Assembly (NCBI GenBank): GCA_964567095.1
Contig: CAZMKN010000001.1
Span: forward strand, 11,675-75,674
DNA length: 64,000 nt
From: an uncultured Candidatus Saccharibacteria bacterium
Lineage (GTDB): Bacteria > Patescibacteriota > WWE3 > UBA101185 > UBA10185
Reading direction: 5' to 3'
Made by a program: the position numbers and the translations under genes. Shown one piece after another: positions 18,229-27,117 of the stretch (positions are counted from its first letter, which is position 1; each line of letters begins with the position of its first letter). A model generated the notes under the pieces. The model ran no database searches. It was not told the origin of the DNA and saw nothing but the letters and a program-made list of their open reading frames with translations.

Positions 18229-19233
18229 ATGAATAAAGATGTTGTAATTTCAGTAAAGACAGTAATTATTTCCTTGGGAATACTTCTCGGTTTATATGTA
18301 ACTTACGAGCTCAGAGCTGTTCTCTCTATTTTATTCATCGCCCTTTTACTTGTAATTTCTTTAGAGTTTGTGATAAAGCGTCTAACTACGGTTACATTTT
18401 TAAATAAACCCCTTTCCAGAGGTATTGCGGTTTTCGTTACATATGCATTACTGATTTTATTTGTTGCACTTGCCATAACAACAGCCATTCCTTTGCTAAT
18501 TTCCCAATCCCAAAAACTTATAAATAGTTTTTCTGACTTTTTAATTAATTTTGAGATTAGCGGCCAAATAGTCTTTGAAGATTTGTCTATTTTGGATGTT
18601 CTTTCTAAATTTACAAACGACGGTGACATTTCTTCAGTTTTTTTTGGCTCTCTATCTTTTATCTCAAGCCTTTTTACCTTTCTCGTTCTTTCCGTTTATA
18701 TTTCTCTTGATTGGGAAAACATAAAATTCCGCTTTCTGAATCTGTTTACAAAGAAAGTTGGGAAAGATGTAGGTGAGATTATAGTGTCAATTGAACGGAA
18801 TATAGGTGCTTGGGTACGCGGGGAGTTGGTATTAATGTCTACTGTAGGAGTTTTTAGCTTCTTTGCCTATTTTCTAGCGGGAATACATTATCCTCTTGCT
18901 TTAGGCTTTATTGCAGGGATGTTAGAGATTGTTCCCCAACTGGGTCCGATTTTTACCTCTGTAATAGTAACTGCAATCGGTTTTGCCCAGTCTCCTATGA
19001 AAGGCTTCTTGGCTTTGGGGATATCAATTTTAGTTCAACAGTTGGAGAATGACTTTTTGGTTCCTCGTGTCATGGGAAAGGTTTCAGGTTTTCGCCCCTT
19101 GATTATATTGATCGCGTTGCTTATTGGAAGCGATTTTTTTGGAATAGTAGGCGCGATTTTAGCGGTTCCAGTAACCATGATTTTAGGTATATTAGTCAGG
19201 CGATTTGTCCATTACCCTACTCTGAAGGAATAG
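18229..19233 (+). CDS. AI-2E family transporter
   Basis: Multi-TM; LEIVPQLGP, QQLENDFLVPRVMG and GIVGAILAVP motifs. Confidence 0.9.
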   Translation: MNKDVVISVKTVIISLGILLGLYVTYELRAVLSILFIALLLVISLEFVIKRLTTVTFLNKPLSRGIAVFVTYALLILFVALAITTAIPLLISQSQKLINSFSDFLINFEISGQIVFEDLSILDVLSKFTNDGDISSVFFGSLSFISSLFTFLVLSVYISLDWENIKFRFLNLFTKKVGKDVGEIIVSIERNIGAWVRGELVLMSTVGVFSFFAYFLAGIHYPLALGFIAGMLEIVPQLGPIFTSVIVTAIGFAQSPMKGFLALGISILVQQLENDFLVPRVMGKVSGFRPLIILIALLIGSDFFGIVGAILAVPVTMILGILVRRFVHYPTLKE

Positions 19234-19240
19234 TTTTTTC

Positions 19241-19478
19241 CTTACAAAATTCTAACATCGGTACAAAATGCACGCTAAATGCTCACATTTGCGTTTAGTC
19301 GTTAAAGTGCCCACAGTACCTTACTATCTTTTTACAAGTTCTTTCGAACTTGTAAGCCCTAAATAAATGCTAAAGCATCATATTTAGCTCGTACAAGTTA
19401 GTAAACTTGTACGCCACAACGAAATCCTCACATTCGTTCGTATTTATGTTGAGTCGCCAAAATTCTTACAGAATCTTG
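19241..19478. repeat. Cluster of five stem-loops downstream of rnpB
   Basis: Perfect 10-bp stems TTACAAGTTC/GAACTTGTAA (19332-19355) and CGTACAAGTT/AACTTGTACG (19390-19413), plus three imperfect hairpins. Confidence 0.7.
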
Positions 19479-19480
19479 AC

Positions 19481-19896
19481 GCAGGAAGTCTATAAGCCGG
19501 ATTCTGTCGAGGGAAAGCATCTATCTACGCTCGACGAAATGTTCGCTTGCGCTTGCATTATCGCCGAGTCGTTTGAATCCAAATGATTCCAACGCTCCAT
19601 CTTCACATCGTGCTACAAAGTAGACTTGTCAGGTTAACTCAAACGATGCGGTCGTGGATTTCAGCGGGTGGGATTGCCCGTTTCACTCTTTCTCCGTGTC
19701 CGAAGATTTAGGAAAAAGCTCGTCTCTGCTGCTCTCAGAAGGTGTTGATTCACCCTCTGTCTCTTCGCTATTTCTAGTAAAGAGCACCAGCGGTTATGTA
19801 TTATCCGTCGGAGATTGCCCTCCGTCCCCTTACCTTGCGCAGTCCGGACTTTCCTCTCCGTGTTTTGAGGCACGGAGCGCTTTCCTGACTTCCTGC
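19481..19896 (-). ncRNA. rnpB: RNase P RNA
   Basis: Minus strand has GAGGAAAGTCCGGACTGC and ACAGAATCCGGCTTATAG conserved regions, P1 GCAGGAAGTC/GACTTCCTGC, GTGAAACG and AGATAGATG. A TGGTAAAAT box lies upstream (19904-19912). Confidence 0.93.
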
Positions 19897-19937
19897 AATG
19901 TATATTTTACCATTTATTTTTATGCTATCATAGCAAT

Positions 19938-21014
19938 ATGCCGGATGACCTTGATCCAAAGAAATATCACGTTTTGGATGAAAAAAAGATGAAGATTGTT
20001 TATGTGGTTTTAGCTGTTTTGTTTTCTATTTTTACTCCAGTTTTAGCGACAGTTTATTATCGGTTTGCTATAAGTCGACCTTCCCAAACGTCCGATGAAC
20101 ATGAAGTTGAAATAGAGCCGGGAACGGGTATTGTGGAAATTGCTGGTAAGCTTTACGAAAAAGATGTTATTAATTCTAAAGTTCTATTTGTACTATATGT
20201 GGTTACAAATCATTCGGAAAACGATATTCAAGCAGGCGTCTATACTATTCCGGCGGGAATTTCACTAAAGGATTTGATCTCTATTTTAGAGCACGGAACA
20301 AATGATATTTTGGTCACATTTATAGAAGGATGGCGCGTAGAAGAATTCGCTTTAATAGCTTCCGAGAAGTTTGATGACGTTGATTACGAGGATTTTGTTG
20401 AAATGGCCATACCCTATGAAGGGTACCTTTTTCCGGATACTTATCTTTTTTCTTCCGATGTTACTGTCGAAGAAATGATCGATCGCCTTAAAGATACTTT
20501 TGAACTTAGAACCAAAGATATTTTAGAGAGCGAAGATCTCGAAGAGTTGGGTTTTACAAAAGACGAAGTGGTAATCATGGCCTCGTTGATAGAAAGAGAG
20601 GTCGCAGATATTTATGATCGCCCGTTGGTTGCCGGGATATTAGTGAAAAGACTAAGAGAGGATACCACGTTGGGCGTCGACGCTACTGTACAGTATTACG
20701 CTTCATCGCTACGCTCTGGCTGTACTTTTCCCTCTGATCGCGTGTGTCCAAAGGAGAAAGTAGCGAGGGAAATGGATTGGTGGCCTTATAGTTTGACTCA
20801 AGAGGAACTTGATTATGAAGCTGATTACAATACTAGAAAATATCCGGGACTTCCGCCGAAACCGATCTCTAGTACAGGTATTTCCGCTTTGGAGTCAGTT
20901 TTGAACTATAAAGAAACTTCTTACAATTTCTATCTGACAGATTCGGAAGGCGTTACTTACTTTTCTGAAACGCTTGCGGAGCACCAACAGAATATAGAAT
21001 TACACTTGCGCTAA
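19938..21014 (+). CDS. mltG: Endolytic murein transglycosylase MltG
   Basis: TM anchor; IEGWR, EGYLFPDTY, ASLIERE, L.VDATVQY and YNT..YPGLPPKPI motifs. Confidence 0.93.
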   Translation: MPDDLDPKKYHVLDEKKMKIVYVVLAVLFSIFTPVLATVYYRFAISRPSQTSDEHEVEIEPGTGIVEIAGKLYEKDVINSKVLFVLYVVTNHSENDIQAGVYTIPAGISLKDLISILEHGTNDILVTFIEGWRVEEFALIASEKFDDVDYEDFVEMAIPYEGYLFPDTYLFSSDVTVEEMIDRLKDTFELRTKDILESEDLEELGFTKDEVVIMASLIEREVADIYDRPLVAGILVKRLREDTTLGVDATVQYYASSLRSGCTFPSDRVCPKEKVAREMDWWPYSLTQEELDYEADYNTRKYPGLPPKPISSTGISALESVLNYKETSYNFYLTDSEGVTYFSETLAEHQQNIELHLR

Positions 21015-21431
21015 AGAGACCTCCAAGAGTTCTTTTGTAATATAAATCCCCTCTCTTTTTAGTATTTTTTTGTCGATTTTCATAGGGATATTTAGCAGTT
21101 GGGACGTGATAAATCCATGGTAAAAAGATGTTGTGATTTTTTTAGCCATAAATTTTGGTTTCGTTTTTATTATTGTGTTGTATTTTTGATCTTTTTCTTT
21201 TTGTAGAATTATCCCGGATATGTTTGAGATCTCCACACGCTTAACGAAGTTATAATTTATGGACCGGTCTTTTTGGCGTTCGTTATTTTTAATTACAAAA
21301 TCCACAATTTTATTATCTACCTTTAGGAAAAATATTTGTTTGGTGCTTTTGCAGAAGAAATAGGCATTAAAGACTATTACGTCCTCGTGTATCGACGGAA
21401 CAATAGCAAGAAACTTAATTCTTTTGAGCAT
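21000..21431 (-). CDS. Hypothetical protein, weakly bifunctional-nuclease (DUF151)-like
   Basis: C-terminal LNIPMKIDKKILKREG resembles the DUF151 tail; TAAGAT box 6 nt before ATG. Family call is weak. Confidence 0.5.
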   Translation of the reverse strand: MLKRIKFLAIVPSIHEDVIVFNAYFFCKSTKQIFFLKVDNKIVDFVIKNNERQKDRSINYNFVKRVEISNISGIILQKEKDQKYNTIIKTKPKFMAKKITTSFYHGFITSQLLNIPMKIDKKILKREGIYITKELLEVSLAQV

Positions 21432-21485
21432 GAAACAATCTTACAAAATAACTATTAAGATTATATTAAATTTCGTTGTGAGATT

Positions 21486-23318
21486 TTAAATTCCGGCCCT
21501 TTTTTCCTTAATATAGTCTCTCCAACCCTCCAACAGTTCAATGAATGTAGAAAAAGGTGTGTCGACGAGTGTTGAAAAAAAGACACTAATGAAGTTGAAC
21601 TCTTTCCACTTGGATGAAAGCCAGCTTCCCATCTTCGCTAAAGGTATAGAGAAGAAATCAAGTATAAATTCAAATATACTGGTTCTTTCTTTTATGGTTA
21701 GTTCCTTAGACTTTTGTCGAATAACCATAGCGGCGAAAACTACAATCGCCACATTTACCGTGTCGATGTAAAGTGATGTTAAGGGCACTCGAGCGATTTT
21801 AAATATCCTGTAGATAAAAAACAAAGATGCTACTCCACCAAGAAGGTAAATTACTCCAAATATGAAGTTCTGGACCTTCTTGACTTTTTTGTTCAGCTTC
21901 ATTTTATATGTAATTTCTTCTTCGGTAATGTAAACTATTTTTTCTATCTCTTCTTTTACTTTAGGTAGATTATCCTCTGCTGGAGGTCTGATTATTCCCA
22001 CTAGAATGAACATAAGTGCTGTGGGAATCATAATATCGGCTACAATTGCCCAGGGAGAAAATCCCCCATAAAAAAGCTTTGCGATTGGAAATTCAAAAAC
22101 AAAAAGGCTTGCGGCTCCTGCTACAAATATCGAAAGAGTCGAGTATACGGCACTTCTAAATAAACGTTTCTTTAAAGTTGAGAACCTTTTTTTGTAAACT
22201 TTTTCTATTAGTTTGTGAAGATTTTCCTTTTTAGCTAGTTCTTCCTCCAAATTTTCGTTATCTTCTACGTCCTTTAATACATCTGATAGTATTAGAAACG
22301 CAGCATCGTATTTTTCACAAATATTTTGGAACCCGCCTCTTTTTGGATGTTTTAACTCTTCCTTTATGTTATTCCAAATGTTTTCTATATTGTCAGTGAA
22401 CTCTTCTGTAAAAATCTGCGTATTATCTACAAAAAGTGGGTACTTATTTTTTAATACATGATAGGTGATTACGGGTTCGTCTAAATTAAAGAGCATTTTG
22501 TGTACTGCTATGTAGGTTTGAATGTATTTTTCCTCTTCAGATAGGGCTCCTTCAGGAATAATCTTGATTCTTTGAGTCATTGTTTCTGTCATGAAATTTA
22601 ACAGGGCATCCTCTTTGTATGGGTAGTCTAGCGTTTCCTCTATCTCACAGGCGGCTATTTCTAGAATCCAGTTATAGAAATGAACTTTAACTTTTATGGC
22701 CAGGGCGTTTTCTTTTGCGTACGGGCTGTTTTTTAATATGTAGATGTATTTATCCAATATTTTGGCTACGGCAGTGATTTTATCCTCTGAGATTTTTCCG
22801 TTCTCAAAATATCCGGTGCGTATTATTTCAAGAGTTACTGGTCCCGCAATTTCCTTAGGTTTTAAATCCGGCAGCATCGTAATTTCCGATATCTCCGATA
22901 TTAATCTGCGTTTAAGTATTCTCTCAATGGATGTTCTTCTAACTAAGTTTTCTTCTTTCCAGTCGATAACTCTACGAACTTTTTCGTAGACCTTAGCTAT
23001 TTTTGTAGCGATTTCGTCAACATAGATTGCGTTGTCGGGGGTTTTCTTTTTGATTTTTACGCCTTGTTTGTATTGCTCAAGATATGGAAATATGGCGGGA
23101 TTAAATATTTCTCGATCGGCACTCTCTGCCCATTCATTTTCCTCTTGCTGCTCGTCCGATTTTTGATTTTCACTTGTGTCGGCTATTTGTGAGGGTATCC
23201 GAGATATAGTACTTTCATTGTGCACCCGCTCTTCTAGCGGAGACTCTTTTGGAAACTGCATTTTAGTCTTCTCCGTTTCATCTTTGCTTTTTTGGTTAAG
23301 GTAAATTACTCCTTTCAT
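21486..23318 (-). CDS. Conserved-type hypothetical protein with C-terminal TM helices
   Basis: About 610-aa ORF with about four C-terminal TMs. Alternative start at 23330 overlaps a TATAAT box. Confidence 0.75.
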   Translation of the reverse strand: MKGVIYLNQKSKDETEKTKMQFPKESPLEERVHNESTISRIPSQIADTSENQKSDEQQEENEWAESADREIFNPAIFPYLEQYKQGVKIKKKTPDNAIYVDEIATKIAKVYEKVRRVIDWKEENLVRRTSIERILKRRLISEISEITMLPDLKPKEIAGPVTLEIIRTGYFENGKISEDKITAVAKILDKYIYILKNSPYAKENALAIKVKVHFYNWILEIAACEIEETLDYPYKEDALLNFMTETMTQRIKIIPEGALSEEEKYIQTYIAVHKMLFNLDEPVITYHVLKNKYPLFVDNTQIFTEEFTDNIENIWNNIKEELKHPKRGGFQNICEKYDAAFLILSDVLKDVEDNENLEEELAKKENLHKLIEKVYKKRFSTLKKRLFRSAVYSTLSIFVAGAASLFVFEFPIAKLFYGGFSPWAIVADIMIPTALMFILVGIIRPPAEDNLPKVKEEIEKIVYITEEEITYKMKLNKKVKKVQNFIFGVIYLLGGVASLFFIYRIFKIARVPLTSLYIDTVNVAIVVFAAMVIRQKSKELTIKERTSIFEFILDFFSIPLAKMGSWLSSKWKEFNFISVFFSTLVDTPFSTFIELLEGWRDYIKEKRAGI

Positions 23319-23446
23319 ATCAGCAGACATTATAACTTATTATAGGGTGTTTTTCGACTTCATGTTGGACAAACCCAGGACAGTCTTGGTTTAAATGGAC
23401 ACAGTTTAGACAGCATGTTTTGAGACTCGTTCACTCACACAATTTT

Positions 23447-24961
23447 TTAATATTTAAAGACCTTCTCAGAGATCCTGAATTTTTCAATGATCGCGCTATT
23501 CTCATCGTTATTTTTGACCAAAATAATTGTGTAATCATCTACATATATTGGTGACCAGCTCGTATCTTTTATCCTTTCGATTAGAAAGGGCTGCGCCCAG
23601 GGAGTTGCATCGTGTCTATAAAAGTAGATGGTCTGGAAGTTGTAGGTTTTGTCCCATTGTTTCCACGTTTCCTCATTCTCTTGTATTTTAATGTAGGTGT
23701 TCTTTAGAAAATCTACGCTATATGCCTCCGGTCGATTGTCTACAAAAACTTTTTGTTCTGGATATAAGTGGTATATTAAATATCCTCCAATGTCGTAATT
23801 GTTGAATATTGGGCCTTTTAAGCTGTTTTCCTTGAAAAATTCTGCGGAGTTATTGTTGTTTGGTAGCACGCCCATCCCAGTTTGTGTGTCAAAGGGGGAG
23901 TAGTAGAAGTTTTTTGTAAATATTCCTAACAAACCTAATCCTATGGAAAAAAGATACACCGTCTGCCCGTTTTTATCTGGAAGTCTTGGTATCCTTGCAA
24001 AAAAAGGTATAGCAAAAAACCCAAATAGCGGGATTATCCTGATCATCTTAAATCCGAGAATGGCAAAAGTTATTGTAGGAATAACAAAAATGACCCTTTC
24101 CTTAAATGATTTTTCTTTAACGAAAAATGCAATAAGAACCGGTACTAGAAGTAGCATGACTTCATAGTGGACATATAAGAACTTGGGAAATCTTCTCTGC
24201 ATGAATAAGACAGACTGGTTTTCCACTATCATATACCCGTATTCTCTAAAGATCATGAAAGGTTCTACTAAGCCTTTAAATCCGTATGGATTTATTAAAC
24301 ATATTAGTGTGGACAGGAAAATTATTATTGATATCTGTCTTACATACTCACTATCTTTTTGGTTTATTAATCCGTCTAACCAAAAAATACCGATCAGAAA
24401 TAATCCGAATATGAAAAATATATGTAAATTTACCCATAGGAGCTGTAATCCTAAAATTAATGGGAGTACAAATCTGAACTTGAGTTGTTTTTTGCGAAAT
24501 TTGTAGAGTGCGAAAAATAAAATTCCAAGGAAAAGGTAGCTAAAACCTTCCGGTCGGATCTCAGTTCTACTCACAATAAGTGGAATAGTCAGAATAGATA
24601 CGATGGTGGCTTTTTTTATTGATGTTTCTTCCTTTGCAATAAGAAAGAATAGGACTATTGGTATGGCGTTAATAAATGCATAAAAAATCGATAGGCCTGT
24701 GAAACCTACCCAACCATGTACTTTTGCAAATATTATTCCTGAAGCCCAATGATGGTTTATAGTTTTGTTTTCAGGTTCAGTATATGAGTAGAAGTTGGTA
24801 GAGATTATTTGCTTGGTTGCTAATGTGATTTGGCCGTTTTTTATATGTCGTCCAAGGTCGGCAGTTGTTAGGTTTATTTTCTTAGCAAAGAAAAAGAAGC
24901 TGTAGAGAAAAATAAATGTTGTTAAAACTAACGCGACGACTTTATCCTCCATTTTGATCAT
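23447..24961 (-). CDS. Polytopic membrane protein, GT-C-like putative glycosyltransferase
   Basis: DLGRHIKNG, RPE, LWVNLH, INPYG, NYDIGGYL and VFVDNRPEAY motifs; TGTTATAAT 6 nt before ATG 24961. Confidence 0.75.
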   Translation of the reverse strand: MIKMEDKVVALVLTTFIFLYSFFFFAKKINLTTADLGRHIKNGQITLATKQIISTNFYSYTEPENKTINHHWASGIIFAKVHGWVGFTGLSIFYAFINAIPIVLFFLIAKEETSIKKATIVSILTIPLIVSRTEIRPEGFSYLFLGILFFALYKFRKKQLKFRFVLPLILGLQLLWVNLHIFFIFGLFLIGIFWLDGLINQKDSEYVRQISIIIFLSTLICLINPYGFKGLVEPFMIFREYGYMIVENQSVLFMQRRFPKFLYVHYEVMLLLVPVLIAFFVKEKSFKERVIFVIPTITFAILGFKMIRIIPLFGFFAIPFFARIPRLPDKNGQTVYLFSIGLGLLGIFTKNFYYSPFDTQTGMGVLPNNNNSAEFFKENSLKGPIFNNYDIGGYLIYHLYPEQKVFVDNRPEAYSVDFLKNTYIKIQENEETWKQWDKTYNFQTIYFYRHDATPWAQPFLIERIKDTSWSPIYVDDYTIILVKNNDENSAIIEKFRISEKVFKY

Positions 24962-24992
24962 GGAGAAATTATAACAGGGCGAAAAGCAGCAA

Positions 24993-25065
24993 TGGTCGAG
25001 CACGTCGGTCATGAAATTTCAGAAAATGTTGTACGATACTCGGCTTCTCTAGGATACATGGTTGA
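24993..25065 (+). repeat. 73-bp degenerate direct repeat A (att-like), TGGTCGA...TGGTTGA
   Basis: Aligns without gaps to 26008-26080 at 56/73 identities (manual count). Confidence 0.8.
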
Positions 25066-25983
25066 TTATAGCGAACCATGTTTACATCTTTTTAGTGCCT
25101 TTAATATATCAAGTATAGAGTCAGAAATATTGCCCTCCTGAAGATTTTCAAAAAATGTGGTTATAAATAGCATGCCTCTATTTTTTTCCAACTCCAAACC
25201 CTTTTCTATTTCATAATTATCAAAGACACGCTCACTTATAAACCCAATATGTACAGCCCTAATTAAATGTTCCTCGAAGCAAATTCGCCAATTATTGTAT
25301 GCTTTCGGATATTTCGGATGTTGTTTTGCCTCTTCAAGTAAATTTTCGATTTCATCAATATCTTTTCTATAAGGTTTTAATACTTCCTTTGCAATTGGAT
25401 GAGAACCTTCATGAATAATAGCGTGAAGTAGTGCTCGTTTGTTAATTTCCCCCATAACACCTACTACTTGGTAATTAATGTTTCCAATCTGTGGTCCAAA
25501 GCTTCCGTGGGTAAATGGGTTTGGAATTACGACCATTTCATTTTTTACTTTCTTTCCCCATACTCTTTCTAACATTTCCTCAACATTTGCTTGTGAAATA
25601 ATTTGTTCCATTTCTTTTTTTATAGCTTCAAGGGAAATTTCTAGTTCCTTATAATAAGTTTTAAAATCAGTTTTATTGTAGAAATCAACTAAATAGGGTT
25701 TAATAATTTTACCTTTATCAATATGCCAGTGAAGTTCCGAGGATATCTCAACATTTCTCGGTTCAAATTCTGGAGGTTTACCAACGGTTAGTGACCAAAC
25801 CACCACCTTGTGCTCATGAATATATTCACCTACTTTTGGTGCATTTCCCATATAATCTTTGAAATGATTTTTTACCTGTTCTTGTAATGGGTGGGTGTTT
25901 GAATCTCCACCTGCCTGGTCAAATCTATTTAGAAATGAGTAGAGAAGTGTGAGATTTTCATTGGTTTCAACTCGTATACTCAT
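25066..25983 (-). CDS. Putative zinc metallopeptidase-like protein (DUF4932-like)
   Basis: IIHEGSH (HExxH) motif plus downstream FEEHLIRA; sits exactly between repeats A and B. Confidence 0.65.
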   Translation of the reverse strand: MSIRVETNENLTLLYSFLNRFDQAGGDSNTHPLQEQVKNHFKDYMGNAPKVGEYIHEHKVVVWSLTVGKPPEFEPRNVEISSELHWHIDKGKIIKPYLVDFYNKTDFKTYYKELEISLEAIKKEMEQIISQANVEEMLERVWGKKVKNEMVVIPNPFTHGSFGPQIGNINYQVVGVMGEINKRALLHAIIHEGSHPIAKEVLKPYRKDIDEIENLLEEAKQHPKYPKAYNNWRICFEEHLIRAVHIGFISERVFDNYEIEKGLELEKNRGMLFITTFFENLQEGNISDSILDILKALKRCKHGSL

Positions 25984-26007
25984 ATGGTAATAATAACAAA
26001 GTAGACT

Positions 26008-26080
26008 TGGTTGAGTACGTTGGTATTGAAATTTCTGGAAATGTTATTCCATACATGGTTTCTCCAGGCTATATGGTCGA
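26008..26080 (+). repeat. 73-bp degenerate direct repeat B (att-like)
   Basis: Copy of 24993-25065. It continues ...CTTGAACAGC, resembling the reverse complement of the tRNA T-arm (CTTGAACCAGC). Confidence 0.8.
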
Positions 26081-26222
26081 GAAGGAGCGATGAATCTTGA
26101 ACAGCTTTTACCACTTGCAGAATCTATATTTGAGAATTGGAATACAGAAAAGTTTGATGAGAGTTTGTTAGTTCCAGTAGGTATGGGTATGAAATATGCG
26201 GCTTCCTACAAGTATTAGCTTT

Positions 26223-26253
26223 GAAAACAAAAACAACTCCATAGGGAGTTGTT
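26223..26253 (-). terminator. Intrinsic terminator
   Basis: 9-bp stem AACAACTCC/GGAGTTGTT with a 4-nt loop, followed by TTTGTTTTC on the minus strand. Confidence 0.7.
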
Positions 26254-26348
26254 CATAATGGAAGCGAGTCTCTTGATGATTCTTCATCATTGTAGGCGCC
26301 CAATCGTGCCTCGTTATTCGATGCTAAAAGCACCTATATTCGCTTGAT
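26223..26348 (-). ncRNA. Candidate structured small RNA (about 125 nt)
   Basis: TGATACAAT box at 26355-26363; stems AAGCGA/TCGCTT, TAGGTGC/GCGCCTA and TGATGA/TCATCA; ends in a hairpin plus T-tract. Confidence 0.5.
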
Positions 26349-26371
26349 AAGTAAATTGTATCATATGAAAA

Positions 26372-26387
26372 TGGTCGGGGTGACAGG
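26372..26387 (-). repeat. Duplicated 3' end of tRNA-Pro (att site)
   Basis: TGGTCGGGGTGAC is identical to 36254-36266 (13 bp exact; 15/16 with the following aGG). Confidence 0.8.
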
Positions 26388-26549
26388 CAATACCGTCGCT
26401 ACGCTCCTGTTGCATCCACAACTACTAAGTTCACTAAGTATTGTGTAGACTCTTTCTCGCATGTCACACAAACAAGAAAAATGCCCACATCCATCTTTGA
26501 CGGATCTGTACACTTTTCTGGTCGACCATAGTAACTAGTGTTCGCAGCT

Positions 26550-26750
26550 TTATTTAGTAAATATTCCTATACAGGCGTGTTGCTCTAACTTTCCTGGATT
26601 TGTGGGATTTTTGTAGACCTTTGTAACGATTCTTATCCCCATGCAATTTTCTATCACGCCTCCGGCATCATGTCTGTTGAATAGGAACAATCCAAGTGCC
26701 GTAATTACTACTAATATGCTGAATGCAATGAAAATCGACTTTGTGTTCAT
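26550..26750 (-). CDS. 66-aa membrane-anchored or secreted protein with two Cys
   Basis: N-terminal hydrophobic helix; TGATAATAT box 6 nt before ATG; bracketed by TGGT...CCATAG motifs at 26519 and 26774. Confidence 0.65.
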   Translation of the reverse strand: MNTKSIFIAFSILVVITALGLFLFNRHDAGGVIENCMGIRIVTKVYKNPTNPGKLEQHACIGIFTK

Positions 26751-26802
26751 AACTATATATTATCAAAAAAACATGGTTTGCCATAGCTGACCACATTTGT
26801 AA

Positions 26803-26970
26803 CTATTTCTTGGGAGTAAAGAAGTAACTTATTGCACAAAATCCAAACCCGAACAGTTCTATTATTAGTATAAATAACAAACTAGTATGACCTGAAACAA
26901 CAAAATAACCGGAAATCAGGGTTAAAAAACCAAAGAAGCTCATGAGATTTCTTGATAATAATTTACTCAC
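26803..26970 (-). CDS. 55-aa two-TM membrane protein
   Basis: GTG start 6 nt after a TACAAT box; two hydrophobic segments; bracketed by motifs at 26774 and 26994. Confidence 0.6.
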   Translation of the reverse strand: MSKLLSRNLMSFFGFLTLISGYFVVSGHTSLLFILIIELFGFGFCAISYFFTPKK

Positions 26971-26993
26971 GTTGTAATTGTACAAAATTTTCC

Positions 26994-27018
26994 TGGTCGA
27001 GAAGTACGGTCATGAAAT
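26994..27018 (+). repeat. att-like repeat C
   Basis: TGGTCGAGAAGTACGGTCATGAAAT versus TGGTCGAGCACGTCGGTCATGAAAT at 24993. Confidence 0.7.
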
Positions 27019-27117
27019 ATTATTCTCTTCAGGATGTAAATAAGACAAACGAGACACTACAGGAAACTTTTTCTAGGTATATCTTGCTATATTTTTTCAG
27101 CGAAAGCTTGGCTTATT

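Noticed and set aside
19654-19992. ORFs 19654-19992 (+) and 19661-19873 (-)
   Set aside because: They overlap the RNase P RNA gene and have no protein motifs.
26260-26300. Hammerhead ribozyme in the candidate small RNA (TGATGA motif)
   Set aside because: The CUGAUGA and GAAA core elements are not present in the required arrangement.
24993-27018. CRISPR array or classical integron attC array
   Set aside because: Repeats are degenerate, irregularly spaced and separated by whole genes. There are no cas or intI genes in the window and no clear attC R''/R' palindromes.
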